Assembly (NCBI GenBank): GCA_963807635.1
Contig: CAWEDJ010000071.1
Coordinates: 45,877 to 109,876 of the forward strand
Source of the DNA: an uncultured cyanobacterium
GTDB taxonomy: Bacteria; Cyanobacteriota; Cyanobacteriia; Cyanobacteriales; Microcystaceae
Length of the DNA: 64,000 nt
Direction of reading: 5' to 3'
Shown: positions 46,550-58,672 of the stretch, piece after piece
How the letters are laid out: each line of letters begins with the position of its first letter
Numbering within the stretch: the stretch's first letter is position 1
Notes under the pieces: model-generated
What the model saw: the letters and a program-made list of their open reading frames with translations, nothing else
Databases searched by the model: none
What the model was told of the DNA's origin: nothing
Program-made: the position numbers and the translations under genes

Positions 46550-46815
46550 CGAGTTTGCCAGAAACAGAAACCAGTCCAATACCTGCTAAGGTTCTGCTCG
46601 ATCTCAGGGGAACGCCCTGTCCGATTAATTTTGTGCGGACGAAATTAAAACTCGCGCAAATGTCGGCGGGGGAAGTCTTGGAAGTTTGGTTAGATGCGGG
46701 TGAACCCATTGAACAGGTTCCCCATAGTTTGGCAATGGAAGGTTATACGGAGCAAGCTATCCTTGAGCAGGACACGTTTTTTAAAATGACGATTCGCGTT
46801 CCTGCTGATCTATAG
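46546..46815 (+). CDS. TusA/SirA-family sulfur carrier
   Basis: LDLRGTPCP motif. Confidence 0.88.
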   Translation: MTSLPETETSPIPAKVLLDLRGTPCPINFVRTKLKLAQMSAGEVLEVWLDAGEPIEQVPHSLAMEGYTEQAILEQDTFFKMTIRVPADL

Positions 46816-46832
46816 CCGATGGTTCTCCTATC

Positions 46833-47901
46833 GTGAATAAGGCTGAATACGGAACTGTTATTGCGATCCAGGCGAATTATTATCAAGTCCGTTTGGAGAA
46901 TTTTTCTGATGAGTTGTTACTCTGTACCCGTCGATCGCGTCTCAAGAAAATTGGTCAGTCGGTGATGGTGGGCGATCGCGTTTGGGTAGAGGATGTGGAT
47001 CATCTCAATCAACAAGGGGCGATCGGGTCGGTGGAACCCCGTAGAAATGAGTTATCTCGTCCGCCGATGGCCAATGCGGATCAAATTTTGTTGGTTTTTT
47101 CCTTAGCCGATCCTCCTCTAGAGACTTGGCAATTAAGTCGTTTTTTAGTCAAGGCAGAATCAGCCGATCTGGAACTGTGTCTTTGCCTCAACAAACGGGA
47201 TTTAGTCAGCCAAGAGGAGCAAAAACAATGGCAAGAAAGACTGATCCAATGGGGTTATCAGCCGCTATTGATTAGTGTGGATACCCAAGAAGGCATAGAC
47301 CAACTGCGCCAGCAATTAAATCAAAAAATTACCTTGATGGCTGGCCCTTCTGGGGTGGGGAAATCTAGTTTGATTAATACTTTAGTGCCAGGGGTTGCTC
47401 AACGGGTGAACCAGGTTTCAGGAAAATTACACAGGGGTCGTCATACCACTCGTCACGTAGAACTTTTTGAATTACCGACGGGGGGACTGTTGGCCGATAC
47501 TCCTGGCTTTAATCAACCTGATTTAGAAATAGAAGCGGCTCAGTTGATTTTTCATTTTCCTGAAGCGAGAAGACAACTGGAAACGGGTCTTTGTCAATTT
47601 AATGATTGCTCCCATCGGGAAGAACCGAATTGTGTGGTTCGAGGCAATTGGGAACGCTATGAGCATTATTTGAAATTTTTAGAGGAAGCTATGGAAGAGG
47701 CGATCGCCCAACAAGCGAGGGGAGAAGAGGAGTCTGGTTTAAAATTAATGACGAAAGAGTCGGGAAAGCAGGAATATGAACCCAAATTAGCGAAGAAAAA
47801 AGTATCGTCAAACGTCCCGTCGCATTAAGCATCAACAATTGCATGAACTGTATCATGAACAATCTGCACGGTCTGAAGATGAAGATGAGCTTGAGGAGTA
47901 A
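46833..47901 (+). CDS. rsgA: Ribosome small subunit-dependent GTPase RsgA; late frameshift in an A-run near 47800
   Basis: NKRD, GPSGVGKSS, GRHTT, DTPGF and the CQFNDCSH..EPNC Zn finger. Confidence 0.95.
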
Positions 47902-47997
47902 GCATTATGGGCGATTTTTTTCCAGAAAATCCTTTGATACTGATGGAGTGAGCCAATTGACTCCTATGAGATAGAGTGTCTCTGCCCATCGGAAACG

Positions 47998-48036
47998 ATC
48001 GGTTATTTAATCGGTTATTTAATCGGTTATTTAATC
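47998..48036. repeat. 12-bp tandem repeat (ATCGGTTATTTA) x3 upstream of minC
   Basis: Three exact copies at 47998, 48010 and 48022, plus a partial copy. Confidence 0.95.
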
Positions 48037-48168
48037 AGTACCGCTAAACGGCAGAATATCGGTTAGAAAGCTGACTCAGAAACCGTTTTATGTCATTAAA
48101 TCAGCGTTAAAATTGGGATACGACCGAGCAGATGGTGGTAAGGTAATAGTCTGAAATTAGAAATTTTT

Positions 48169-48903
48169 ATGATCGATCAGATGGCTTCTGATAATCCCAT
48201 TCCCCCGACTGTCCAAATCCAATTGCAATCAGCGTTGGATAAACTCCTGCTGATTTTGCCTCCGCCCTCCAAGGCCGACCTCCCCAGTGATTGGCCGATT
48301 TTGGAACACGCCCTCAAAACTTTTATCAAAGCCAAAGAAGGATCTTGGCAGCCTGAAGTCCCCGTTCATCTGATTGTGGAAGACCGACTGTTGGATGTAC
48401 GTCAATTACAAGCGATCGCCGAAATTCTGGAATCTGTTCATCTCAATCTACGTTGGCTACAAACCACCCGTCGGCAAACCGCGATCGCTGCTGTGACCTT
48501 GGGTTATTCTGTAGATCAATCTCCGCGAATCCCCACCCTCCTGATTCCCGACCCTCCCCTCGCTCCCCCGTTATATCTCACCAGTCCCGTGCGGTCTGGG
48601 ACAGAAATTCAACACCCAGGCAATATTATTCTGGTAGGAGATGTCAATCCTGGCGGCAACCTAATTGCCAATGGCGATATTCTGATTTGGGGAACCCTAA
48701 GAGGCACAGCCCACGCAGGAGCCGAGGGAAACCAGGATGCCATTATTATGATTTTGAAGTTGGGCGCGAGTCAGTTACGCATTGCGGATCTGGTGGCTAG
48801 GGTCTCCCCCGAAGCGGCTGATCAAGGAGAACCCGAAGTGGCGTATATTACTCCTGACGGTATTCGGTTGGCTTCTGCTCGTAGTTTTAAAAAAATCAAG
48901 TAA
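48169..48903 (+). CDS. minC: Septum site-determining protein MinC
   Basis: VRSG.EI.HPG, GDVNPG and WGTLRGTAHAGA.G. Confidence 0.95.
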   Translation: MIDQMASDNPIPPTVQIQLQSALDKLLLILPPPSKADLPSDWPILEHALKTFIKAKEGSWQPEVPVHLIVEDRLLDVRQLQAIAEILESVHLNLRWLQTTRRQTAIAAVTLGYSVDQSPRIPTLLIPDPPLAPPLYLTSPVRSGTEIQHPGNIILVGDVNPGGNLIANGDILIWGTLRGTAHAGAEGNQDAIIMILKLGASQLRIADLVARVSPEAADQGEPEVAYITPDGIRLASARSFKKIK

Positions 48904-48972
48904 AATTCAGAAGACCCGTGATGTATTTGCTAACGACTAACCCTAAAAGAAAAAACCATTGATTATTGAACT

Positions 48973-49776
48973 ATGACTCGTATTATTGTTATAACTTCTG
49001 GAAAAGGTGGTGTAGGGAAAACGACCACTACGGCCAACTTAGGAGCATCCCTGGCGCGTTTAGGCAAAAAAGTTGCCCTGATTGATGCGGATTTCGGACT
49101 GCGGAATTTGGATCTCCTTTTGGGGCTGGAACAACGCATTGTCTATACGGCGATCGATGTTTTATCGGGGGATTGCACCATTGATAAGGCCCTGGTCAAA
49201 GATAAACGGCTACCCAATTTAGTCCTCTTACCCGCCGCCCAAAATCGTTCAAAAGATGCGATTAACGCCGAACAAATGCAATCCCTGGTGGATCAACTGA
49301 CGAAAAAGTTTGATTACGTTATTATTGATTGTCCCGCAGGTATTGAATCAGGTTTTCGGAATGCCGTTATTCCTGCCAAGGAAGCGATTATTGTCACCAC
49401 CCCTGAAATGTCGGCGGTAAGGGATGCCGATCGCGTGATTGGTTTATTAGAAGCCGAAAATATTGATCGCATTAGTGTCATCATTAATCGATTACGCCCT
49501 GAAATGATCCAGCTTAATCAGATGATTAGCGTAGAAGATATTTTAGAACTGCTGGCGATTCCTTTGTTGGGTATTGTTCCTGATGATCAAAAAATCATTA
49601 TTTCCACCAATAAGGGTGAACCCCTAGTTTTAGAAGAAAAACTATCCATTCCTGGTTTAGCGTTCCAAAATATTTCTCGACGCTTAGAAGGCCAAGATAT
49701 TCCTTTTTTAGACTTTATGGCGGCCCATAATAGTTTATTGAATCGTATCCGTCGCCGTCTGTTAGGGCCTTTATGA
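48973..49776 (+). CDS. minD: Septum site-determining ATPase MinD
   Basis: SGKGGVGKTTT, DFGLRNLD and DCPAGIE. Confidence 0.98.
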   Translation: MTRIIVITSGKGGVGKTTTTANLGASLARLGKKVALIDADFGLRNLDLLLGLEQRIVYTAIDVLSGDCTIDKALVKDKRLPNLVLLPAAQNRSKDAINAEQMQSLVDQLTKKFDYVIIDCPAGIESGFRNAVIPAKEAIIVTTPEMSAVRDADRVIGLLEAENIDRISVIINRLRPEMIQLNQMISVEDILELLAIPLLGIVPDDQKIIISTNKGEPLVLEEKLSIPGLAFQNISRRLEGQDIPFLDFMAAHNSLLNRIRRRLLGPL

Positions 49777-49829
49777 GGGAGATTTTACGGGGTTAATGCT
49801 GATCAAATTAAGTTTTCATGGGGTTGAAA

Positions 49830-50105
49830 ATGATACTAGAACTGATTGAACGTCTTTTTGGACGGAACAATAGTAGTGGAGTTGACGCAAAAAGGCGACT
49901 AAAATTGGTCATTGCCAACGATCGCTCTGGTTTGAGTCAGGAAATGCTGGAAATGATGCGTCGGGATATTCTCGAAGTGGTTAGTCGCTATGTGGAAATC
50001 GATTCTGAGGAAATGGAACTTTCTCTAGAAAGCGATCAACGGATGACGGCTTTGATTGCCAATTTGCCTGTACGAAGAGTGAAAAGGAAAAGAACCGCTC
50101 CCTAA
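49830..50105 (+). CDS. minE: Cell division topological specificity factor MinE
   Basis: [12 protein letters not shown] and ALIANLPV; follows minD. Confidence 0.95.
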   Translation: MILELIERLFGRNNSSGVDAKRRLKLVIANDRSGLSQEMLEMMRRDILEVVSRYVEIDSEEMELSLESDQRMTALIANLPVRRVKRKRTAP

Positions 50106-50182
50106 CTGTTTTTTGAGCGTCGGTTGGCGATCGCGACTTTGTTGAGCCGCCTATTTGGGCTGTTTTTATGGATTACTAAAAT

Positions 50183-51356
50183 ATGCGAATTTTTATCAGT
50201 ACGGGAGAGGTGTCGGGGGATTTACAGGGAGCGATGTTGGTGGAAGCTCTGCAACGTCAAGCCACTGAGCGGGGTACAGCGTTAGAAATTAAAGCCCTTG
50301 GCGGCGATCGCATGGAAAAAGCGGGGGCAGATTTATTATCCAATACGGCGGGCATTGGTTCGGTGGGATTATCGGAATCCCTGCGTTTTATTTTGCCAAC
50401 CTGGAAAATTCAACAGTTAGTTAAAACCTATTTACAAGACAATCCCGTTGATTTATTAATTTTGATTGATTATATGGGGCCAAATTTGGCGATCGCGGAG
50501 TATGTGCGTCAAAAATTTCCCCAACTGCCGATTATTTATTACATTGCACCCCAAGCATGGATCTGGTCGCCTATTGCCAAGGATACCCAGAAAATTGTCA
50601 ATGTCACAGATAAATTGTTGGCGATTTTTCCTGAAGAAGCCGAATTTTTTAAAAATAAAGGCGTAGATGTCACCTGGGTTGGTCATCCTTTACTAGACCG
50701 CATTGCTAAAGCCCCTAGTCGAGAAATCGCTAGAGAAACCTTGGGAATTGCCCCTGATCAATTAGCTGTCGCTCTCTTACCCGCCTCCCGTATCCAGGAA
50801 ATCAAATATCTTCTGCCCGTCATTTGTGAAGCCGCTAAACAATTGCAGGAAAAACTGCCCCATGTTCATTTTTGGTTGCCGATTTCCCTCGAAACCTACC
50901 GCGATCGCATCGAACAAACGGTCAAGGACTACGGTTTAAATGTCACACTCCTGAAAGGCGAAACCTTAAACGCGATCGCGGCATCAGGATATGGCGATTA
51001 CCAAATCAGGGACAGTTAACCTAGAAATTGCCCTCCTAAACGTGCCTCAAGTCATTTTGTATAGAGTTAGTCCTTTAACCATGTGGATTGCCCGCAAAAT
51101 CCTCAAATTTGATGTCCCCTTCGTCGCACCCCCCAATATTGTCTTAGGGCAGGAAATCGTGCCAGAACTGCTCCAGGAAGCCGCTACTCCCGAAGCCATT
51201 TTCCAACAGGCCCTAGATATCCTCACCAACCCCGAACGTCGTCAAACTATTTCAGACAATTATCAACAGTTAAAAAACACCTTGGGAGAAACAGGAGTCT
51301 GCGATCGCGCCGCCCTCGAAATTTTCAACTTTATGGAAATCCAGACAAAAAAATAA
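50183..51356 (+). CDS. lpxB: Lipid-A-disaccharide synthase; frameshift near 50986
   Basis: GEVSGDLQG, YYIAPQAW, VGHPL, LLPASR.QE and KSGTVNLE. Confidence 0.95.
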
Positions 51357-51406
51357 AGCAGGGACAAAACCCCGCCTTAAAATCACTAAAATGTCGTTAA
51401 AAAATT

Positions 51407-51706
51407 TTAGTAAAGTTCTTCTTCCTTATGAGTTTCGATGGTGACATTAGAAGTAGGATAGGCCACACAGGTTAAAACGTAGCCAGCTTTGATCTGGTCA
51501 TCATCTAAGAAAGACTGATCCGTTTGATCTACAGTCCCAGAAACGATTTTTCCAGCACAGGTAGAACACGCACCCGCACGGCAAGAATAGGGTAAATCGA
51601 TGCCACTGTCAGCCGCCGCATCTAAAATATAGGTATCATCATCACAATCAATAGTTGTGTTGAGTCCTTCTGCTTCACAGACTAAAGTAACTTTGTAAGT
51701 TGCCAT
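51407..51706 (-). CDS. petF: Plant-type [2Fe-2S] ferredoxin I
   Basis: [13 protein letters not shown]...LTCVAYP...HKEEELY. Confidence 0.97.
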   Translation of the reverse strand: MATYKVTLVCEAEGLNTTIDCDDDTYILDAAADSGIDLPYSCRAGACSTCAGKIVSGTVDQTDQSFLDDDQIKAGYVLTCVAYPTSNVTIETHKEEELY

Positions 51707-52079
51707 TTCAAGGATTCCTCTGATTTATCTTGCTTTGGTTAGGATTGGACTTAGGGGAAGGAAAAAAGTTTTCAAGCAAAAACCTAATTATGCTTCCCTG
51801 ATTAAAATCTCCCTTTGATACTACGGGAAAACCTTTGCTTGTTTAGCTTTCATTAGAAAAGAAATTCCAAAGCCGAATTAGAATAATTTTTTCTTATAGA
51901 ACTTGGTGACTAAGCCGCCAGATTTGTCAAGGTTCAATCGCTACATTTAGGTTGGTTAAGGGGACGTTAGGATAAGGAATAGCCCTTGGTCAGTCCATAA
52001 ATTCAGGTTATGACCTCAAGAGCATTTGAGTAGAGCGGGAAAGGCGGTTAACCTCAACAGAAAGAGTAAGATGTCGTTT

Positions 52080-52433
52080 TTAATCAAGATTACGAATGGC
52101 GACGGGTTTTTCCCAGATAATCAACACAATACAGCCTTGATCACTGATTAAGTTGTGATGACTGTCGGGCGGGTTAATCACTAAAGTTCCTGCTACATGG
52201 TCTCCATTGCGATCGCGTTGGGAACCCGACAAAATTAGCACTAATTCCGTACCGACATGATCATGCTCAGGAATTTTAGCCCCAGGCTCATAGCGTAACA
52301 AAGCCGCTTCTAATCCTGTGTCTGGATTTCGGTAGAGTCGATAAATATCAACGCCTGGACGAAAGGATTGCCAGGCTAATTGCTCAGGACGATTTGCGAT
52401 CGCAAGAATATCGGAAAAAATAAGGGATTGCAT
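52080..52433 (-). CDS. ChrR-like cupin domain protein
   Basis: ALLRYEPGA.IP.H.H.G.E...ILSG and NPPDSHH. Confidence 0.85.
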   Translation of the reverse strand: MQSLIFSDILAIANRPEQLAWQSFRPGVDIYRLYRNPDTGLEAALLRYEPGAKIPEHDHVGTELVLILSGSQRDRNGDHVAGTLVINPPDSHHNLISDQGCIVLIIWEKPVAIRNLD

Positions 52434-52499
52434 GAGAAGTTAACCAAGCCGTAGGAGATGTAATAAAATAAACGAAACTTTCTCGATAAATACACGGGC

Positions 52500-53357
52500 A
52501 TGATCAAATTACCTCCTTGGATCGTTTTAGATCCCCTCCTTCACCATTGGTTACTAGAAGATATCGGTAGGGGCGATCGCTCGACTCAAGGATTACAACT
52601 GGCCCAAAACGGAAAAGCGGTCTGGGTTGCCAAGGAACGGGGGATCATTGCGGGCCTCACCCTAGCGTACCGAATTTTTTATCTGTTGGAACCCACTACC
52701 ATTTTTACACCCTTGATTGCAGACGGGGAAACCGCCGAAAAGGGTCAAACGATCGCCGAAGTTGAAGGGCCATTAGAATGCCTTTTAATGGGAGAACGGG
52801 CCGCCCTCAATATCGTAATGCGTTTAAGCGGAATTGCCACTCTAACCCGTAAATATGTAGAAGTCATAGCGGATTTATCTACCCAATTAGTCGATACCCG
52901 TAAAACAACCCCTGGATTGCGGATTCTCGAAAAATATGCCGTCCAGATCGGTGGTGCGGTGAATCATCGCATGGGCTTAGATGATGCGGTCATGATCAAG
53001 GACAATCACATTCTCGCCGCTGGCAGTATCACCAACGCGATCGCCCAATTACGCTATTCCATCCCCTATCCCCTCACCATCGAAGTAGAAACCAGTAATT
53101 TCAGTCAAGTCGCCGAAGCGATCGCATCAGGAGCCAACACCATCATGCTGGACAACATGACCCTCGAAGAAATGAAACGGGCAGTAGAACTCATCCGACG
53201 AGAAAAACCCCACATCGATATCGAAGCCTCTGGAAATATTACCCTAGACAATCTACGCTTAGTCGCTAAAACAGGCGTTGACTATATCTCCAGTAGCGCA
53301 CCCGTTACTCGTTCCACTTGGCTCGACCTTAGTATGAGGCTGACCCCTCTGGCGTAA
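52500..53357 (+). CDS. nadC: Quinolinate phosphoribosyltransferase
   Basis: DTRKTTPG, HRMGLDD.VMIKDNH, EVE, MLDN and EASG. Confidence 0.96.
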   Translation: MIKLPPWIVLDPLLHHWLLEDIGRGDRSTQGLQLAQNGKAVWVAKERGIIAGLTLAYRIFYLLEPTTIFTPLIADGETAEKGQTIAEVEGPLECLLMGERAALNIVMRLSGIATLTRKYVEVIADLSTQLVDTRKTTPGLRILEKYAVQIGGAVNHRMGLDDAVMIKDNHILAAGSITNAIAQLRYSIPYPLTIEVETSNFSQVAEAIASGANTIMLDNMTLEEMKRAVELIRREKPHIDIEASGNITLDNLRLVAKTGVDYISSSAPVTRSTWLDLSMRLTPLA

Positions 53358-53615
53358 CTATCCCGCTTTAAATAACCTATTACCTTGATTTTCTTTAACA
53401 ATTAGTATATTTCACTTAAAAATAAGACTAATGGAGTCATTCAGTCACAATCAAAATAAACACTTATTGACACAAAAATAGCTTAAAAAGTAACAATAAA
53501 GTATTAGACTCCGCCGAAAGCGTTACAATTCAAAAAATAATTTAAACTCTACTCACACACACCACAATATGATCACCGTTGCGAATCCTGCATTCGTTTA
53601 TCTTGAGGAGGAGAT

Positions 53616-54204
53616 ATGGACTTTTGCCTATCGGCCTCTAATCTAACAAATCAATCTCCTATTCCCAGTAAATCTATTCAGAACACCAGGGTTCACATTC
53701 GTTTTGCTGATCTCAAAGATGTCAAAGCTCTAGCCGATATACTGGTTCAGAGTTTTCATGTCTCAGAAAACTGGTTTTCTTGGTTTTATCCGTTGTTAAA
53801 ACTCGGTATTTGCGAAGATCTACGGACTCGTTTACGTTCCAAATCCCCCTATTATCAATGTCTCGTCGCCCTGATTTTAGAAAAAGAAGAAGTAATCGGC
53901 ACGGCTGAAATTTCTCTACGGGATTGGTTTCTCAGTCAAAAACGGGCTTGCTATATTTCCAATCTGGCCGTTAGTGGTTCCTATCGCCGTCAGGGAATCG
54001 CCAAACAACTATTACTCAAGTGCGAAAAAGTGGCAGGAATGGAATTGTGAATTATTGCATTTACACGTCCTCGAAGACAACCTCCCCGCCAAGCAACTCT
54101 ATTTAACCAATGGTTATCGATCGCAACGAGTTGAAAATAGTTTACAAAGTTGGCTATTCAAACAGCCCAGACGGTTACTCCTAGAAAAAAAAGTTAAACG
54201 TTAA
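53616..54204 (+). CDS. GNAT-family N-acetyltransferase; frameshift near 54033
   Basis: YISNLAV...YRRQGIA and LHVLEDN..A..LY...GY; RBS GAGGAGG. Confidence 0.88.
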
Positions 54205-54260
54205 ACATTAGATCACCCCCCTAGAATTCTTCCGATGGATTGAATGTTGCAGAATAATTA

Positions 54261-54695
54261 ATGAATGATCCCGTAGAAATTCTCTCTCAAATCCGTCGAA
54301 AAGAGTCCTTAATTGTTAATCCCCGAAAACGTAATGGCGTTATTCTGATTAAGGCCTATCATGCTGAATTTGCGGGGCCAGGCTCAGTTATTGGGGGAGA
54401 ATTTGATACAGAGGTTATTCGAGTCTTAGCTGTAGGAAATCTATCCTTACTCCATCCGCAATCTACCGAGGAAAAAATCAAAGCCTATTTAATTCGTCGT
54501 CAATGGATTCTCTTGACTAAACAAATTGCCGATAATCCCACCCCTCAGCAACGCGCCCAAATCATTCTTAATCAATTTGAAAACTGGTTCGATTCGGCGA
54601 TCGCCTCCCAGGTTTGTGATGAAGCCTTTTCCCTACTGGTCGGCGTGTTACCCAAAACGATCGCCTCTGCCCGTCGTGAAATTGAAAATTTTTGA
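54261..54695 (+). CDS. Conserved cyanobacterial hypothetical protein (possible truncated Crp-like fold)
   Basis: HAEFAGPG..IGG and LLVGVLPKTI motifs; the fold call is an inference. Confidence 0.6.
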   Translation: MNDPVEILSQIRRKESLIVNPRKRNGVILIKAYHAEFAGPGSVIGGEFDTEVIRVLAVGNLSLLHPQSTEEKIKAYLIRRQWILLTKQIADNPTPQQRAQIILNQFENWFDSAIASQVCDEAFSLLVGVLPKTIASARREIENF

Positions 54696-54881
54696 TACAA
54701 AATATTAAAAATCAGCGATGGAGTGGAAATATTGGAATGGCGAAAACGGAAGACCTGAGTGATCACCGCCATAAATATTACAGAGTGTAACTAAGTCATC
54801 GCCTGACGAGAATAAGCATGATAGGTTTTATAAAAGGTTAGTTGATGTCTGTTACATTTCATTAGAGGAGGATAACTGACT

Positions 54882-55076
54882 GTGCCAGCTACTTCAGTAA
54901 ATAAGTTCCAGAATCGAGAAGATATCCGCGAATACGTTGCCGAGCTACAACTTCACATGACGCTACAGGCTCGCAACCTCGTCCCGACCTTTGCCCAATC
55001 GGGGGATAGTCGTCAACAGCTTTTACAAGAAACCCAAGCAGTCGTTGAAAAAATGGTTTCCCGTCAGGTTTTTTAA
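54882..55076 (+). CDS. Small conserved cyanobacterial protein
   Basis: RBS GAGGAGG, GTG start, and ELQLHMTLQARNLVP. Confidence 0.7.
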   Translation: MPATSVNKFQNREDIREYVAELQLHMTLQARNLVPTFAQSGDSRQQLLQETQAVVEKMVSRQVF

Positions 55077-55112
55077 TTTTGTTTTTGTTAGTGTCTGAAG
55101 AGTTATGTCGAG

Positions 55113-55143
55113 CAGGATTGGATTTATTTCTATCCTGTTTTTT
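55113..55143 (+). terminator. Probable intrinsic terminator
   Basis: CAGGAT...ATCCTG stem followed by a T-run. Confidence 0.5.
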
Positions 55144-55329
55144 ATTGTCAAAAAATATGAAAAATATTCACAATAATGATAGAACCAGTTCAATGTTGCG
55201 CGATTTTAAGGATAAACATTAAAATACAGATAGTTCATTAAACCAACCTTATAACTAAAATTCTCCAAAACTTGACCTTGGAATTAGAATTACACCCTTT
55301 TGATTTAGACATAACGTAGCAAAATTCCT

Positions 55330-56007
55330 ATGTTCTTCCATCCCTCATTTTTAATTCTTCTACCAGGCACAGCCCTCATGATGTGGGCGCAATTCCGCGT
55401 TCAAAATACCTACCGAAAATACGCCCAAATTCAATCTAGTCTGGGAATGACTGGCTCGCAAGTTGCCGAAACAATTTTACGACGAATGGGAGTCGAAGAT
55501 GTGCGAATAGAGCCTGTCGGGGGAGAATTAACCGATCATTATGACCCCAGTGCCAAAGCAGTTCGTCTGTCTGAAGTGGTCTATGGCTCGACTTCTCTAG
55601 CGGCGGCGGCAGTGGCGGCCCATGAATGCGGTCATGTTTTACAGGATGTGCAGGGTTATAAACCTATGAACGTGAGGGCGGCCCTCGTTCCTGCCGCTAA
55701 TATTGGTTCAAATATCGGGCCTTTGCTGGTTATTGTGGGTATCGGTTTGGGAGCGGCGGGCGGCATTTTTATTAATATTGGGATCTTGGTTTTTCTGGCG
55801 GTTATTTTGTTTCATGTAGTGACGCTTCCCGTCGAATTTGATGCCTCTAGTCGGGCCTTACGGTTAATTGATGAATTTGGTATTTTACAGGGGGAAGAAA
55901 ATCGAGGAGCGCGTAAGGTTCTCAATGCCGCCGCCTTAACCTATGTGGCAACGGCTTTTTATGCGGTCTTACAACTCATTCAATTACTGTTAATGCGTCG
56001 AGACTAG
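55330..56007 (+). CDS. Membrane zinc metallopeptidase (YugP-like)
   Basis: LTDHYDP, AAHECGH (HExxH) and LPVEFDAS.RA. Confidence 0.92.
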   Translation: MFFHPSFLILLPGTALMMWAQFRVQNTYRKYAQIQSSLGMTGSQVAETILRRMGVEDVRIEPVGGELTDHYDPSAKAVRLSEVVYGSTSLAAAAVAAHECGHVLQDVQGYKPMNVRAALVPAANIGSNIGPLLVIVGIGLGAAGGIFINIGILVFLAVILFHVVTLPVEFDASSRALRLIDEFGILQGEENRGARKVLNAAALTYVATAFYAVLQLIQLLLMRRD

Positions 56008-56069
56008 CTAATTCATCGAAAATAAAGATAAAAACCGATTCCTGTCGTCAGGAGGTCAATAGGTTTAGC

Positions 56070-56651
56070 GTGCAAATTGAAATGGATATTGATTATGTGA
56101 TCAAACAATATGCCCAGGGCTATTTTTTAATGGCGGAAGATCACGGTGAATTGGGCTGGTATAGTAGTCGCCGCCGAGCCTTAATTCCCCTAGATGATCG
56201 TTTTCGATATCCCAAATCTCTCCAACGGGTTTTAAATCAAGAACGCTTTCAAGTTGCCATTAATCGGGATTTTCGAGCGGTTTGTGAGGGATGCGCTAAT
56301 CGCGAAACGACTTGGATTACGGATGAATTAAAAGAAATTTATTGGCGTTTATATCAGGCAGGTTGGGCTTATAGTTTTGAAACCTGGCAGGGGGATGAGT
56401 TGGCGGGGGGAATTTTGGGAATTGTAATTCGGGGAGCTTTTATTGGGGAATCTATGTTTTATCGCATTCCTGAAGGTTCCAAGGTGGCAATGGTTAAACT
56501 GGTGGAACATTTACGCCAAAGAAAATTTACGCTCTTTGATGCCCAGTTACAAAATGTCCATTTAGAACGATTTGGTTCCTATTTAGTAACCGATGAAGTT
56601 TATCAAGAATTATTAACAAAAACCCTATTAAACCCCTGTTCTTTTACTTGA
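56070..56651 (+). CDS. aat: Leucyl/phenylalanyl-tRNA--protein transferase
   Basis: YAQGYFLM, TWI, GESMF, SKVA and DAQ...HL.RFG. Confidence 0.93.
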   Translation: MQIEMDIDYVIKQYAQGYFLMAEDHGELGWYSSRRRALIPLDDRFRYPKSLQRVLNQERFQVAINRDFRAVCEGCANRETTWITDELKEIYWRLYQAGWAYSFETWQGDELAGGILGIVIRGAFIGESMFYRIPEGSKVAMVKLVEHLRQRKFTLFDAQLQNVHLERFGSYLVTDEVYQELLTKTLLNPCSFT

Positions 56652-56688
56652 AATAAGGCTTAAATTCCTAAGTTAACAATTTTTATTT

Positions 56689-58298
56689 TTAATTCACGGA
56701 AGAAAGGGGAGAACAAGCAACAGGTTCTGGTTGAACATTGAGCGCAGGGGGATAATGGATCATGGGATCATAACCTAGTTGTTGGCTGATTCGTTCCCTC
56801 GCGATCGCCCGATATTCCCAAAAATGTTCTCCCGTTGCACACAGGACTAAATAGATCGTTAAGGATTGGGGTTTTTGGCGAAAAATTGTCCAGAGTTGTT
56901 GCCAAAACTGCTTACGAATCGGCGATCGCGTTATTCCTTGATGCCAAATAATTTGAGCCACCAGTCGCAATTGTGTCGCCCAGGGAATTTGTAATGTTTG
57001 CTTGTTGGAATTTAAAGAACCCAGTTTCATACATTGCAGAAAACATCGTCGGAGATAGGCGGATGGGTCATACATTTTCCAAAATGCTTCGACATACTCT
57101 TTACCAATTTCTGCGATCGCGCGGGTAGGAATAAAATTCATTAAACTATTTTGATCGCCCAATTCTGTAACCCCAATTCCATCCAATAAACGGTTTTCTT
57201 GCTTGAGACGATCCCAAAGAGCGGTATTAGGTAAAGCTTGGAGGATTCCTAACATCGGCTGAGGAATACTGGTTTGTTCTACAAATGCTTGAATGCGTTC
57301 CCCCGCTCCCGATTTTTCCCCATCAAAGCCCAAGATAAATCCTGCATAAATCACTAATCCTGCTTCGTTGATTTTGTGACAAGCTTCTACTAAGGGATTG
57401 CGGGTATTTTGGACTTTGCGAGTCACTGCTAAGCTATCTTGATCGGGGGTTTCAATACCGAGAAAAACGGCATAAAAACCTGCTTGTCCCATTAAGGCGA
57501 GTAATTCTTCATCTTCTGCTAAATTCACTGAGGCTTCCGTGATGAAACTAAAGGGATAATCATGTTCTTTCATCCAAGGAATTAATTCTCGTAAAAAGCG
57601 TTTGACATTACGCTGATTACCGATGAAATTATCATCCACAATAAACAACGAACCGCGCCAGCCTAAATCATAAAGAAACTGTAATTCGGCTAAAGCTTGA
57701 CTGGGTTCTTTGGTGCGGGGTTTACGGCCATAGAGCGAAATAATGTCACAAAATTCACAGTTGAAAGGACATCCCCGTGAAAATTGAATGGCCATGGAAA
57801 AATAGGCATCCCGTTGCAACAAGTCAAAACGAGGCAGGGGACTGGTGGTGACATCGGGTTTTTCCTCTGCTCGAAAAATTCCGTTGGGCAGACCCTCGGC
57901 GATCGCCTCCAAAAATAAAGGAATGGTCATTTCTCCCTCATCCAGAATCAGATAATCAGCCCCCGAATTTAGTGCATCCTGGGGAACAGAAGTGGGGTAA
58001 GGGCACCCACTGCCACCTTTTTACCTAATCGAACGGCTTTTTGAATCAGGGCATGAAAATCGGGCTTTTGCACTAACATGGCGGAAAGAATGACCAGATC
58101 GCACCATTCCCAATCCGCATCAGTTTCTAGGCTTACATTGCGGTCATAAAATCGAATTTGCCAATCCTGGGGTAACAGAGCGGCTACCGTAATGATTCCC
58201 AAGGGCGGAATGTGTGACTTCAGGCCAGCCATTGCTAAAGTGCGATCGTATGACCAAAAAGATTGCGGAAATTGAGGATAGAGTAACAGTGCTTTCAT
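56689..58298 (-). CDS. B12-binding radical SAM protein (DUF4070 C-terminus); frameshift near 58003
   Basis: PPLGIITVAALLP N-terminal domain; RGCPFNCEFC (CxxxCxxC). Confidence 0.92.
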
Positions 58299-58672
58299 GG
58301 GGATTTCTGCGTCTTTTAAAAATAGGGAATAGAGAATTTGATCAGAGAGTTACTCATTTTTGTTTTTGACTGTGTAAGGCGATCGCCACTCAAAACCTAA
58401 ACTTGGAGATATTTCGTAATAGCAATACAACTGTAGAGACTAAATGTGCAAAATCTGTGAATTGATCTCAATTATTAACTTCTATAAATTTATAATCATT
58501 CATAAATATCGATTTCACTGAAATTGGCGATCGCTTAATTCAAAAGCTTGACATCGAATTGTTTGAAATCGAGTATAAGACAACGATAAATTTAGGTATC
58601 ATTTGTATAAAATGATGAAAGCGTTGATATTTATTCACACAAAATTTCATTAGTTAACAAATTAATAACAAT

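Noticed and set aside
53546..53563. ACTCTACTCACACACACC resembling the Yfr1 sRNA motif
   Set aside because: It does not match ACTCCTCACAC, lacks flanking hairpins and a terminator, and is not in the trxA-guaB context.
58416..58428. NtcA-like site GTA-N7-TAC
   Set aside because: The spacer is 7 nt rather than the required 8.
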